Assembly: GCA_030324005.1 (NCBI GenBank)
Contig: JARDVH010000193.1
Span: forward strand, 36,418,969-36,482,968
Direction of reading: 5' to 3'
Source of the DNA: Negaprion brevirostris
Taxonomy: Eukaryota
DNA length: 64,000 nucleotides
In this document: piece after piece, positions 51,079-63,112 of the stretch
Layout: every line of letters begins with the position of its first letter
How positions within the stretch are numbered: the first letter of the stretch is position 1
The notes under the pieces: generated by a model
Databases searched by the model: none
What the model was told of the DNA's origin: nothing
Seen by the model: the letters and a program-made list of their open reading frames with translations, nothing else
Made by a program: the position numbers and the translations under genes

Positions 51079-53250
51079 TTTTTTTGGAAATTTTAAATAT
51101 TCTTGCTGGGAATATCTGCACATCTCTTTCTCTGTACAGTCTCTTTCCCAGCTAGACTGTCCTGTTGACATTACTTAGGCATAACATTGCAAGTTATTTT
51201 AATGCAAACTGCAAGGAAGAAGATGTCTTCAGACTGACCTGTGGGCCACTTTGTAGCAGGAACACAGGAAACCATGCTGCAGACTGTTTTGAAGTCCTAC
51301 TTCGTTTCCAGTACTGCATTCACAATTGTTGTTATGGGTAATTTTGTAATCTCCCTCATTTTGAAGGTCCGCTGTATTATAAATTCATCATCTGACGACA
51401 TTTAATAAACATCAACTTGCACACATATAGTAACTTTAAACACAGAAATTCTGTTAGTATCGTGTAACTTAACCTTTTCAAATATATACATTTTTGTGCT
51501 TACTAACATGAAGTGCTGGGAAACTTGCACTTCTTCCATTTTGAACTACCAATGTCAATGTGAAGATCATGTTGTAGGACAACCAGATGTCCTCAATCTA
51601 TCTGAATTTAAAGAATATATCCCAGCAGATGAATTTTCCACACCAACAATCCTTGCAGTCTGAGTGGTAGTGTCAATTTAATAATGTAGACTGTGCTGTG
51701 CCTCAAATTGACAAACTGTGAACTGTGACTACCCAAACTGATCTCACAGAAGGCCTTTACAGTTAGCAGATGGAGGAAAAAAAACCATTCAGCCAACCTT
51801 GGCTGCACTGAAATCCTGCTTCTAAAAATCTATATTCCAAGTACCATCACATGTTGAATCACTCCCAAAATACAGCTTCTTCTTTTCTGAAAAAGCCATG
51901 ATCCCCTTTAATGCGCTCCATTAAAATAAGGAGATAGTCAGTAACATATGAAAGAATATTTTTAGCCTGCTGGCAAACAACTCTAAGAGTGTCATTATAC
52001 GCAATTTTGTGGTTTCTACATCAGAACAATCCAAAAACAACAGTCTGACTCTGATTTCATTCTGACTTTAAATCAGGGCCTCACATTGGAGGCGATTTCA
52101 CTTTGCTTTGGCTTGGCATTACGTGCAGTATAACTCCAGCACAATGTTTTGTCAAGCTTAAGAAGTACTTAGGGCAGTCACTGGATCGCCTGGATATTTT
52201 GTAAACCTAAGCAGAGCTTGTTTAAACATTTTGAGAGTGTGGCTACTCTCTCCATTTAGATTCGTGCCAAGAACAGGGAAGTCCGCAGATATGGAAACAC
52301 CTCTCTCGTGGCGAGATGCTTTCAGTAGCAAAGCAATATTATAGCTAAAGGTACAAACTTATTTACAATAACCACTTGATATGTTATGCTGCCAATATTT
52401 GACTCAATTTATTCTTGTCATGTTTTGGGATACAGCGAAAAGTATTGTTTCCTGTGTGCTAAACAGACAAAACATGCCGTTCTTAGAGTAATTAGAGGAG
52501 AAGGAACGGAGCGGGTGCCAAATATAGTGTTACAGTCATAGCTAGAGTGTAGAGAAAGATCAACTTAATACATAATATATGGTCAATAATCAAATTCTAC
52601 TATTTCATTATTTGTGAATTTAATTTTTGAATTGTTTAATATCACTCACTGACTTCATGCAAAGACTGACCCAACTGTTAAAAAATAAATTTCTCATGGA
52701 ACAGATTTGATATGATGGCACATGGGATATAGCAAAAAGTATTGTTTTTGTGCACTATACAGATAAAACACACCATTCATAGCGTACATAAGGGAGAAGG
52801 AAAGGAGAGGCTGCAGAATATAGTGTTGCAGTTAAGATAGGGATAAAGATCATCTTAACATATGGTCAATAATAGAATGATACTTTTTCATTATTTGAGC
52901 ATTTGATTTTTGACTTATTTCAGTCACTGACTTTATAAAAAGATTGACCCAATTGTTAAAAACTAAACTGTTGATGGGATAGATTTGACTTGATTTATTT
53001 TCCCACAGATAGGGATACAGTGAAAATTATCATTTCTTGTGTGCTATACAGACAAAACATACCATTCATAGAATACATAAGGCAGAAGAAAAGGAGAGAG
53101 TGTAGAATACAGTATTACAATTATAGAAAGCATGTAGGGAAAGATCCACGTAACATATGGTCAATAATAGAATGGTACTATTTCATCATTTGAGAATTAA
53201 TTTTTGAATTATTTAACTTCATTGACTTTATAAATAGATTGACCGAATTG

Positions 53251-53590
53251 TCCCAGGACCAACAGATTCAAGAGCAGCTTCTTCCCTGCTGCCCTGCTTC
53301 CCTTCTTCCCTGACTTTTGAAAGGACCCACTTTATATGAAGTTAATCTTTCTCTAAATCCTAGCTATGACTACATTCTGCATTCTCCTTTCCTTCTCTAT
53401 GTGATTCCAAATAAACTGTTGGACTTTAACTTGGTGTTGTGAGACTTCTTACTGTGCCCACCCCAGTCCAATGCCGGCATCTCCACGTCACACCTTCTCT
53501 ATGCACGGTCTGCTTTGTCTGTATAGTGCGCAAGAAACAATACATTTCACTGTCTACTAACACCTGTGACAATAACAAGTCAAATCAAAT
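53251..53590 (+). mobile_element. Rex1/Babar-type 3' end, itself interrupted by a Penelope-type fragment (53401-53492)
   Basis: ccaacagattcaagagcagcttcttccctgctgcc...cctgtgacaataacaagtcaaatcaaat. Confidence 0.75.
53401..53492 (+). mobile_element. Penelope-type terminal-repeat fragment with a 10-11 bp target-site duplication
   Basis: gtgattccaaataaactgttggactttaacttggtgttgtgagact... flanked by ccttctctat(g) at 53391-53401 and 53493-53503; homologous to 38470-38516 and to 23493-23538 (minus). Confidence 0.7.
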
Positions 53591-54779
53591 TTAAAAATAA
53601 ACTTCTGATGGGACAGAAGGCTTCAAGTTAGCTTATAGTTTGTGAATGGAAGTATGTAAGTAGTTACCTCTACTTGTTTCTGCCAGTTGACCTTCCACTT
53701 CGGCCAAGGTCAAACTTGGTCCAAGTGTCAGGTCACTTGGCCATTGACCCAGATCCTCAGGGGTGGCCATGTTGGCGGTGACGNNNNNNNNNNNNNNNNN
53801 NNNNNNNNNNNNNNNNNNNNNNNNNNNNNNNNNNNNNNNNNNNNNNNNNNNNNNNNNNNNNNNNNNNNNNNNNNNNNNNNNNNNNNNNNNNNNNNNNNNN
53901 NNNNNNNNNNNNNNNNNNNNNNNNNNNNNNNNNNNNNNNNNNNNNNNNNNNNNNNNNNNNNNNNNNNNNNNNNNNCCTGTAAACATGTCACCAGGAGGTT
54001 CCCAGATACAGGTCGGATCTGCAAAGCTGAGGCTCCCCACAGGGACATAGATAATCACCTTCCCCCATCCCTCTCCCTTTTTGCCTCCTCTCTGGCAGAG
54101 CGAGTGCATTCTCTTAAGGGGGTAGCCGAAATGAAGTTCCCTGAGGTACATCCGCAGCTGCAGGGCAACATCCCATACAGTCCAGAGACAAGAGCTGCTT
54201 GTGCGTCCCCTCAGTGAGGAGAAAACATTTTTAAACTGCAGACCCAACAGATTTTGTTTTAACCCAACTCGTGTGATGAGAAAGCAAACTGAACCTCAGC
54301 AAGAGCGTTCCCCCCCCACCCTCCCCCCTCACCTTATGATCCAAGCATCTCCCCCAAAGCACTAGATTATTGGCGCCTGTTCCCCATACTTTACATGGCA
54401 CTCATTGACTGTTTTACTGGGAGTACGAAAACAAGAAAAAAAGATGAATGAAAGCAGAGCTATTGATACATTTTCGCAGCATCTCAGATTGCTGTTAATT
54501 ATTTGACCGCGCTTTAACAGGCTTTTGTTATGTTTTGTTTTGAGGATTGCTGCAGTTGTGATCTTTCCGAGTTTGGTAATCCTCAAGGATTTGTCTTAGG
54601 GTCAGATAGGTATCAATTCAAATCAAGGAGGATTACTGAGGAATTCAAAACTGCCAACAATGAATGAGCAAGTTTTAATTGTCACCTGACCAGAGTATTG
54701 CACCTCATTGGAACAAGTGCGAGGTTTATTCCTAGCTCAGTTTTACAGAATAATCTACACACATAGACAAGCCATTTGC

Positions 54780-55035
54780 TTTCGTTTACTATCTACGAAT
54801 GTCTTATTGTGGGGATATAAAGGAATTGTTCTTCGACATTCAGAGGGAATTTTTATGGGGCACTTTATGGCGTGCTGATACAATGTTTTGTTGGAACCCA
54901 GTGCCGAACGTGCTAACTTTTGGAGTTGAATTTTCCACCTTTTTTTCCCAAAGCTTTGACAGATTTAGTGTGAAGGCATGACACAACATATGTGACATTT
55001 TCATCTTTATAATTAAATCATTGTAAATACAATAC
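54780..55035. promoter_or_regulatory. Candidate sall1 downstream enhancer/CNE
   Basis: Repeat-free; tandem TTTATGG (54852, 54864), CAAAGCTTTG overlapping TGACAG (54949-54962), TAATTA. Conservation is inferred, not tested. Confidence 0.45.
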
Positions 55036-57084
55036 ATTTCGGTATATTTTAGTGGAAAAATAACGATGCTAGAAGGTGAGAAACTTCATTCGCACCTGTT
55101 TATTTTAAGTTACAAATATGTAACATAACGGATTTGCATTTCAAACGATTACGCCAGACGAAGCAGGATAAAAATTTTTAGGCAAGCTGAAATATAAAAT
55201 TCACACAGTTATGCAATAATATTTCTTGCCTACGGAAAAGCCAGTTCTATTGGTATATGAAAAATAATCGAATACTAAATTCGTCCTGACTGGAATTAAG
55301 ATTTCCGAATAGTGCGTAACTTTGAATAAAGATTTTTGTTAGGATCTCGCAATCCGTTGTTTAAATGCAGAGGTTTATCCTTTCTTTTTAACACTATCCT
55401 TGCAGTGACTACCTACAGCCACCACACTCCCTACCCCCACCCCCGCAAAGAACACATTTTATTTCCCACCATCAAATGCGATTCACTCAATTACAGAGGA
55501 CTTAAACACTATAATTAAATGATGTAAAAAATTTGAAAGGTCAGTGTATGGATGGCCATTGGGATTCGACTGTGCAAATAAATGCGAAACAGAAGAATTC
55601 TTCAGGACAATTTACGCTTCAGCCCTGCGATTTCCTTCTGAACAAATACAGCGTGCACTGAGACCATTCGTATTTAAATTCCAAGCTCGTTAGCGCTTCA
55701 GGTGAATGAAAAGATTTGGACTATAAGCTAAATCAAAATATCTTTCCAGTTATCCAATTTATGGTCCTGATGGGAGGTTATCGAATATGTACATTTAATA
55801 TGTATTTGGAATCGAATTACACGATTAAAATATAGAATTAGTTCAGTGCTTTTTATGAGGATTGATGCAGACCCAATCAGTTATTCGACGCAAACATTCA
55901 TCATCGCCTCTATTTAAATACAAAGCAGAAATTGAGTAGTCGACTGTTGTGTGCGCCGATCTTAGGTGTAAAGTGATATTTCAGCCTATTTTATTTCGTT
56001 CCAAAAAATAGTTTCCAAGGGATCGCTTTCACTAGATTCTGCTTCAGTGGAGGTACAGCCATTCTAAAATAATTGTTTCCGGTGTTTACTAGATTTCACG
56101 TCGACGAGTGTGATTAAAGAAATCGCTGAATAGAAATCTGTTAATTTGTTATTTATAACCGATTGAACCGCCGAGAATGTTCACGCATGCTTCGAAATGA
56201 TTTGGAAATAACTTTGGGATGAGCTCAGAAAGTTTCCACCTATTTGACAGTTTCCTCTGTGCATGTGTATATACTGTACTTAAATATAATTTAATTCCTT
56301 TTCGTTCTACTTGCATTGAAGGGAAAGGGAAAACTTTTAAATGATTTTGCTATGTTAAATTTGCCCGATTGCATGAATGCCAGAGGAGTAATTTTAAAAA
56401 TCGGCTAGATGTGCTCTGTGATATTAGACCAAGCCAGGCCATCCATAGCAAGCACTGAGCTTACGCTATACAAACTTCAGATTGATTAGTGACTTTGCTT
56501 CACTTTAAAAATAAATCATTTGCAGTCTCTTCAACTTTACATTACGTGTTTTGACGTGGAAAATTAATCGTCTGGCGGTGAAAGAGGATACCGATCTAAA
56601 GTTATGTTTTAACAATGCATAAATAAGTCTCTCCCTTGACAGTTTATCTGCTGATAAACATGCCGGAAGCTGATGCACCATAGACAAACAAAAGTCTTCA
56701 ATTTAATCCCGTATGAGTGCCAGAAGACAAAAGGACGAAGCGAATACCCGGAGCATTTGCAAGGATCATTTCGCATCCAGCCCTGTAAATATTGGGTAAC
56801 TTGGCTTGTTGTAAAAACCCAGAGAGGATACCGTGCTCGAATTAACAGTTCCTGCATTGCAGGAAGTGCAACGATGTGTAAAATTAAATGCAGCTGTCGA
56901 AAAGGGGGGAAAAAGATCACTTCAATAAAAGAAATGCACTGTTCAAGGCAAATACCTGCGGTTTCATGAGTATAAAGGCTATGCGATCTTTATTGGGACT
57001 CATAGATCTTTAGTTCCGAAAGGGACGGAGACAGTGTTCCATGGGAATGTAGTAAAGTGAAAAGCATTATTGGAACAGGGCTTT

Positions 57085-57330
57085 TAGTGTTTATTTCACC
57101 CAATGTCCCTGCGAATGATTGGCCTGGTAATAGCAAAGCAAACATGAAAATGTGGTATAGATTTTTAGCCTCATTAAGGAAGCGCTCACCATTTAGCGTC
57201 AGTCAATCAATTATAATCACGAGTAAAGACACAAGGCATTATTATAAAAACACACTAGCCCGGTGATATTGTAAATGAGGAGATGGCTCTGCCGGTGCCA
57301 TTCCCAGTGCAGAGAAATCAACTTTGCATT
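57085..57330. promoter_or_regulatory. Candidate sall1 downstream enhancer/CNE
   Basis: Repeat-free and CpG-retaining; CAGTCAATCA (PBX-MEIS-like, 57200-57209), several TAAT/ATTA and TTATAA motifs. Confidence 0.4.
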
Positions 57331-58549
57331 TTACCTAACTAAAGTTGATCTGAAAAAGTGAACCCAATTAACAGGAGTACGCAGTATGTGAAATGTTCCT
57401 TTTTTAAAAAACGTGGTCTTTAAAAATGACTACAGCATTTATTGTAAGTCAAAAAAAGATTCAGTAAAATCAAAAACGTAATTATATATTTCTTGTAGCT
57501 TAATGTCATATTATATCGATCCCCTAGTTAACGCCGTTTAAAAATAATGTACCACCAAATGTGCTCTAACATATAGATATTTGAGTGTTCGAACAGCATC
57601 ATACTTTTTGAACGGAAGTTAATTCAAAGAGGCAAAATGTCTTTCAAGCGTTCAACAGGCTGAAGACAGTGGCTTAATATAGAAATGTGTGTGTGGTGAG
57701 ATGCCGGGGAACATGCGTGTCCGAGATGTCGAACACCAGGATGGAAATGTTATCATAATCGTTGGTCTAAATAAAACCTGCAACCTCTTTCTTAAAGATC
57801 TCCACTTCCAAATAGATAGAATTATATAAATGTAGCAAGTTGTTAATTCCCCCACATCCTCTTCCGCGTCCACTAACATTTGAAATGAAAAGCCTGTCTT
57901 GTCGGGACAGTAGCTGTAAACCAGTATCCAGTTTGACCGTACTGCAATGATGACAAGTGCACCTATAAAGCAGAACTGCTGCCTTTGCATTGTCTTCCTC
58001 ACTTGGTGCCACCCCTTGCAAATCCTGTACTACTTTCCAACTTGCTGCTACTGTTCCTGCAATATATGTGGCCGCTGACATGAATACCGCTTTTGTTGTG
58101 CCTAATGACAAACTCACAAGATTATTCCACATCCCAGAGCAGTCCTGATAATCCACTTCACGATTTAGTAAACTTGAGCCAATTGGTGGAGGTCGTTAGG
58201 ATAAAACTCGCAGTGCAATACAAAATATTCTAGATGAGGAAAACGGTGGCAAGTTTCATCTACAATAAGTTCCACAATCCATGTTGCGACAACAGTAACT
58301 CAGTCCATATAATATTTTGGATTTTTTTTGTAAAGCAAGTTTTCCAATTCCGTAATAAGTAATAAGAGACAAATCCGGGTTGCAGTGCATTTGAACATAT
58401 GTGACTTCACAACCGTCTTATAGTGCAAGCCAACCCTTTACAGGTCTTACACACTTGGTTCAAAGTAAATGCATTTTATATAAAACACACAGTTAGTGGC
58501 TTCGGTGCGATAACTAATTTCACAGATAAGAAAAAAACAAATATCCAGT

Positions 58550-58985
58550 ACAAAAGCAATTACCAGAGCTAAACCCAGCTCCTCCCATCAATAGTAACTG
58601 AGGGACGGAAGGAGCCTGATCTAATCGATACTGTAATTAAAGATCCTATGAAGCGACCAGAGAGTGAGGAGCACGCAAAGAATTTATAATCCTGTCCCTG
58701 TGAGCACTTTATGAAGGAAAATCATTGGGAAAAGCTCCCACTGTCTCCTTCGATGTCAATACTGTGCGAACAGCAAGCAGGAGACAGCTCGAAAAGACTG
58801 TCAATAAGATTTGCTCGCTTTTTCTTTCATGGAAGCAGCAGCGTGGAATTATTTCCAGCGGAAAGGGGGCGTTTAGGCGAAAGTTATTTGTCCAATTCCC
58901 CCACGATCCCCTGCTAGCGCACGGCAACGAAAATACCTCAATCAATTGGGTCAATATTAAAACGCAGTTTGATTAAGTTACCAAA
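58550..58985. promoter_or_regulatory. Candidate sall1 downstream enhancer/CNE
   Basis: TAATCGATA, GTAATTAAAG, CTTTATGA, two TGTCAATA and TCAATCAATTG in a CpG-retaining, repeat-free block. Confidence 0.4.
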
Positions 58986-59299
58986 CATCCTACACAATCT
59001 ACTAGTTACTGCAACTCTTGGGGTGGAATCAGTTAACTAAGAGGCTAACATTTTTAAGTCTCAGAAATTCAGACTACGGTAGTCTACGAAATACAAGTGC
59101 ATGGAGGTTCAACTTTGGTACAAGATGTAGTCCAGCCTGCAGGCTGTGCTTTCAAATAGTGGTAGACGGGCAATGGATATCAGGATATATCACATAGCTC
59201 TGCCCATCAAGTTCTCATCCAGTAGTTTAAATAGACAACATTTAATTATAATTACCAAGATGCTTATTAAAAGTGTACATCTGATTTCATGTGATGATA

Positions 59300-60927
59300 T
59301 GTACTATTAAAAAATTGTACTTCTATTTATTGTTGAGCTTAATCATGAGTTCCTTAGTGGTATAGTGCAAGAGGTGCATTCTCAGTATTTACCCAGTGGT
59401 CTTGATATATATTAAACTATGCAACAATGAAATGTCCTAATCTTTTTTCAATCAACAGAATCATCTATTAAAATCACATTATTCTGCACTACTTTTTGAA
59501 NNNNNNNNNNNNNNNNNNNNNNNNNNNNNNNNNNNNNNNNNNNNNNNNNNNNNNNNNNNNNNNNNNNNNNNNNNNNNNNNNNNNNNNNNNNNNNNNNNNN
59601 TACTTTTTGAACTCCTTTAATATGTTAGAAACATCTTAAAATCAGTAATTTGCAAAAAAGACTGATGAACAGATCTGTATTTTAAAAGCCTTTTAGAAAT
59701 GGATACTCACCAAGTTTAGAAAATAGGTCAATGGACTTGCAATTAGTGGACAGTACCCCAAAAGAAAGTGATTTTAAGACAGAAAGCAAAAATACACACG
59801 CATCAAGGGTGGCTGTTGCAAAACTCATGTATTTGATTAAATGAGTAAGAATTACAGTACCTCAGCTGTTAGTAGGTATTAAATTTTAGTGAAACTGGAT
59901 TGTTTCTTCCAGCTTTCCAAGAAAGTGCATATATCAGTCACAAGGGTTTTCATACCTAATACAAAATTATTACACAATAAAACACTATCTCTCGTCGGTC
60001 GGTGAAGATGAAGCTTTGTCTTAAGCAACTTACCGGTACAGTATATACATTAATGATTTTCCCTAGACATATGTCATTATGATATATATATACACACACA
60101 AGACATAATCTACAATAGCTTCATATTACTCCCTTCAAAATTGTTCAAAAGATGCATTTACGTAGCAGCAATGTGAAAGTCCAGCACATTTTTCTTCTAT
60201 ACTAAATATACCTATGGGGCAGAAATCTTTATTGTATTTAAAGGTACAATAACAGGAGTTTCCTTCTATGACCATCGTGCTTATTACTTCACTGAAACTC
60301 ATCAACATTTAAGATGACGTAAGTGAAAAGCACAGTACAAAGAACCATTTAGAACAGAAATGGTTTAACCTACAAAAAAACTTGCAATTTCACTTGGTGT
60401 TAAAAACAGTAAAGGGTAAACTGCTTACAGAGCAACAGCATTGACATTCAGTTTGAAGTCTGCAATTTTACAGTTATTTTGTTAATGGAAGGTATGACTG
60501 AACAATTAACTGATTGTGAATACTGTAGCAGACTACCAAAACTTTACATTATATATACAGATCTTGTTTAGTGAGGAATGGACTTTTGAGGCATTGCACC
60601 AATGCCAGTCATGTTAAAACTAGATTACTCACAAATCATAAAATAAGTTAATGCAAGGGCAAAAATCACCTAACAGAATAGATCTGCAAATGCTAGGAAA
60701 CTTACATGTTTAAAGCACTCTAGTCCATTAGTATATAGGCCAAGATGCTGAAGACCAGTAGTTTACACTTGCAACTTGTTTGCAAAGCAAAGTTATCACT
60801 AATAAATAAGTTTTTCATACAACACTAAAAGTTAGGCATTGTACAAAAGGTGTTCTCACAACACTTTGGTCCATTGGCCTGAAAGACGCCCCAGATTACT
60901 TCCATTGTTGGAATGTTGACTGTCACT
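59300..60927 (-). other. sall1: Probable sall1 3'UTR with AATAAA signals at 60233-60228 and 59331-59326
   Basis: Repeat-free AU-rich sequence after the stop codon, with two canonical hexamers on the minus strand. The true 3' end cannot be determined without transcript data. Confidence 0.6.
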
Positions 60928-61368
60928 TCAGTTTGATACAATTTCTTTGTTGTCTTCCACCAAGCGGGTGAATTTATGGTTCGTTCCATTTTCAGTGGTT
61001 GACATTTTCTCCAGACCAGCTAGAGGTGCACTGGGTTCAGTATTGTGAAGCTTCTCCATGCTTCCCGTTAAACCACTGATGGGCGAGCTGCCACCATTGC
61101 CCAGACTAGCAGGGTTTGGAGGAAGTCCACCGTTCTGAATCACTGAAATCTCATTGGTCTTCATCGCTAAGCCATTTGTTAGTGCCGCTGCGTACTGGTT
61201 CCAAAATGAAGAAGGGTCTCCGTCACGAGCTCGAACAGCCAAATCCTTCTGAAGCATTTCCGTGAATTTAATGGGATTTCCACTTAGGAATGCCATGGGA
61301 CCATCCACTGAAAGACGCCGGCCTCGCCTTGCAGGGGCACTGTTCCACATGTGTGTCCCCATATGAAC
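60928..61368 (-). CDS. sall1: Sal-like protein 1, last coding exon (147 codons including TGA)
   Basis: Acceptor ttttgacattacAG|GTT, then [35 protein letters not shown]...[31 protein letters not shown]...EDNKEIVSN*. The SVDGPM and [13 protein letters not shown] motifs match SALL1 rather than SALL3 (SVENPM) or SALL4. Confidence 0.97.
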   Translation of the reverse strand, partial: VHMGTHMWNSAPARRGRRLSVDGPMAFLSGNPIKFTEMLQKDLAVRARDGDPSSFWNQYAAALTNGLAMKTNEISVIQNGGLPPNPASLGNGGSSPISGLTGSMEKLHNTEPSAPLAGLEKMSTTENGTNHKFTRLVEDNKEIVSN

Positions 61369-63112
61369 CTGTAATGTCAAAAATCAGATGGAACAAAGTT
61401 AGATCAGGCAACCACACAAGAATTGGGTACCAACAAAGACACTGCCATACCCAATCTACGGGCAAGAAAAATGCATGCATTTTTGGGGCCATGTTCGGCA
61501 TTTAGCTAAGACTGCTGCATCCAATTTCGTTGTGATAACTCACATTATATCTGACATCACTAACACAGCAAGTAAACATCCTTATCAGACAGGGATAAAA
61601 TATCTTTAACTTGACAGTCTGATTGCTCATCAGAGACAAGCCACTGAAGGTTATTATTCCTCTCATATTACATGGGCGATCCCAAGAGAAATAGTTTGTC
61701 AGAAGAAATCGGCACATATTTGTAGTGCTCAATGGTTCCTTAAATTAAATACTGAACAAAAGGACATTTAATTTCTTAGAGCCTTTTTTCCACACCTTTG
61801 TTAATCCATTTCCTACAAGTGAACAGTTAAATGTCAGGATGTAAAATACATTGAATCTTATTAACTGTTTGCAAGAATTGATTGTTTCACAAATCACATG
61901 CACACAATTTAAGCATACTGCAATATTTTCCATTAATATAAATTGTACTTTGATTTTTCTGGCATAATGTCAATTTTCCATATTTTTGACTCTCTTAACA
62001 CCATGCATTGATTACACTTATATAATTTATTATCCTATTTTTCCACTCTCCTCCAACATCCTACCCACCCGACCTTTCACAAGAGACACGGGACTATCTC
62101 TGGGCATCTATGCTATCCTTTTTATAGTATAGGATTCTGAAATATGCAGATATCTGAAATATGCATATATATGTACACATTGGCAGGCTTCTTGGTCAAC
62201 CCATGAATACATTCACTGTGACTGATAAAACCAACCCAAGTAAGAGATCAGAGTGCTACTGCCAACCAAGCTGGCATCAATCTCAGGATCCACATCCAAA
62301 CTTGAGTTCTACATTAGGAGATGTCAGTGATCCACCTTGTGCTTTTAAATTTGCCAGATAAACAACTGACAAACAATTTGTCTGTGCACTTCATTCCAGC
62401 AGTTGATAAATAAAAGTAGAGTCAGTGTCTGAGGTACTATGGCGTGCAAGACTCATTTGATGATTTGGGTTTACTTGGAGCTCGTGGACAAAGCATCATA
62501 GAATCCCTACAGTATAGAAGGAAGCCCTTTGGCCTATCGAGCCTACACCGACGACAATCCCACCAAAGTCTTATTCCAGGAAAGCCACATATTTACCATG
62601 CTAGTCCCTCTGAATATAAGGGGAAATTCACCATGGCCAATCCATCTAACCCACATTATTTTTGAAGAAACCACAATAAATTCTGCCTTACAGGCATTTT
62701 AATGGGATGTATCAAGCCCTTATTAATCATCTCTTTGATGCATCATCTAATTGGTATAAAACATAAATATACTTCAACATTACTGACCCTAATACAGATT
62801 GAAACGGTATTGTTCTGAAATAAATGTGGGATTGCATGTTTTCCATTTCGTTGGCTCCAAAGTCAATTAAGAGGATTCACATTCATCGCTACTGCTGTAT
62901 TTGCATTGCATATAGGATTAGAATTGCATTTTGTTTAACAAAGCAAACTACTTATAATTTGCATCAGGTAAAACAGCTTACATTGTTCTTCCCACCTTCC
63001 TCCTTATGTCTTTAAAGCCAACAGTATGACTAGATGCTGCTGTTTCCATTTCAGTTTAATATCTAAATCACATGCACAAATTCAACATATTTAACAGAAT
63101 GTCGGAAAATAC
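61369..63112 (-). other. sall1: sall1 last intron (1744 bp, phase 0, GT-AG)
   Basis: Splicing joins GNLK|VHMGTH and restores the final C2H2 finger. A CTAAC branch-like motif lies ~30 nt upstream of the AG (plus strand GTTAG near 61398-61402). Confidence 0.93.
62495..62662 (-). mobile_element. HE1-type SINE 3' fragment inside the sall1 intron
   Basis: catagaatccctacagt...gaagcccttt...ccatggccaatccatctaacccaca is the reverse complement of the SINE 3' half seen at 50910-51078. Confidence 0.75.

Larger units (their letters stand above)
52375..53617. repeat. Diverged tandem triplication (~280-330 bp unit: Rex1-type tail plus unique flank)
   Basis: Three copies of ggata..g..aaa.tat..tt..tgtgc..ta.acaga.aaa.ca..cc.ttc.tag...tatggtcaataat...tttcat.atttg...gattgacc.aa.tgt. 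Confidence 0.9.

Noticed and set aside
59490-59611. tactttttgaa repeated on both sides of the 100-N gap in the sall1 3'UTR
   Set aside because: Probable scaffolding overlap; the gap may have zero true length.
61369-61380. MTLQ start of the 150-aa ORF as a real N-terminus
   Set aside because: These codons are the intron acceptor (TTG ACA TTA CAG); the exon starts at 61368.
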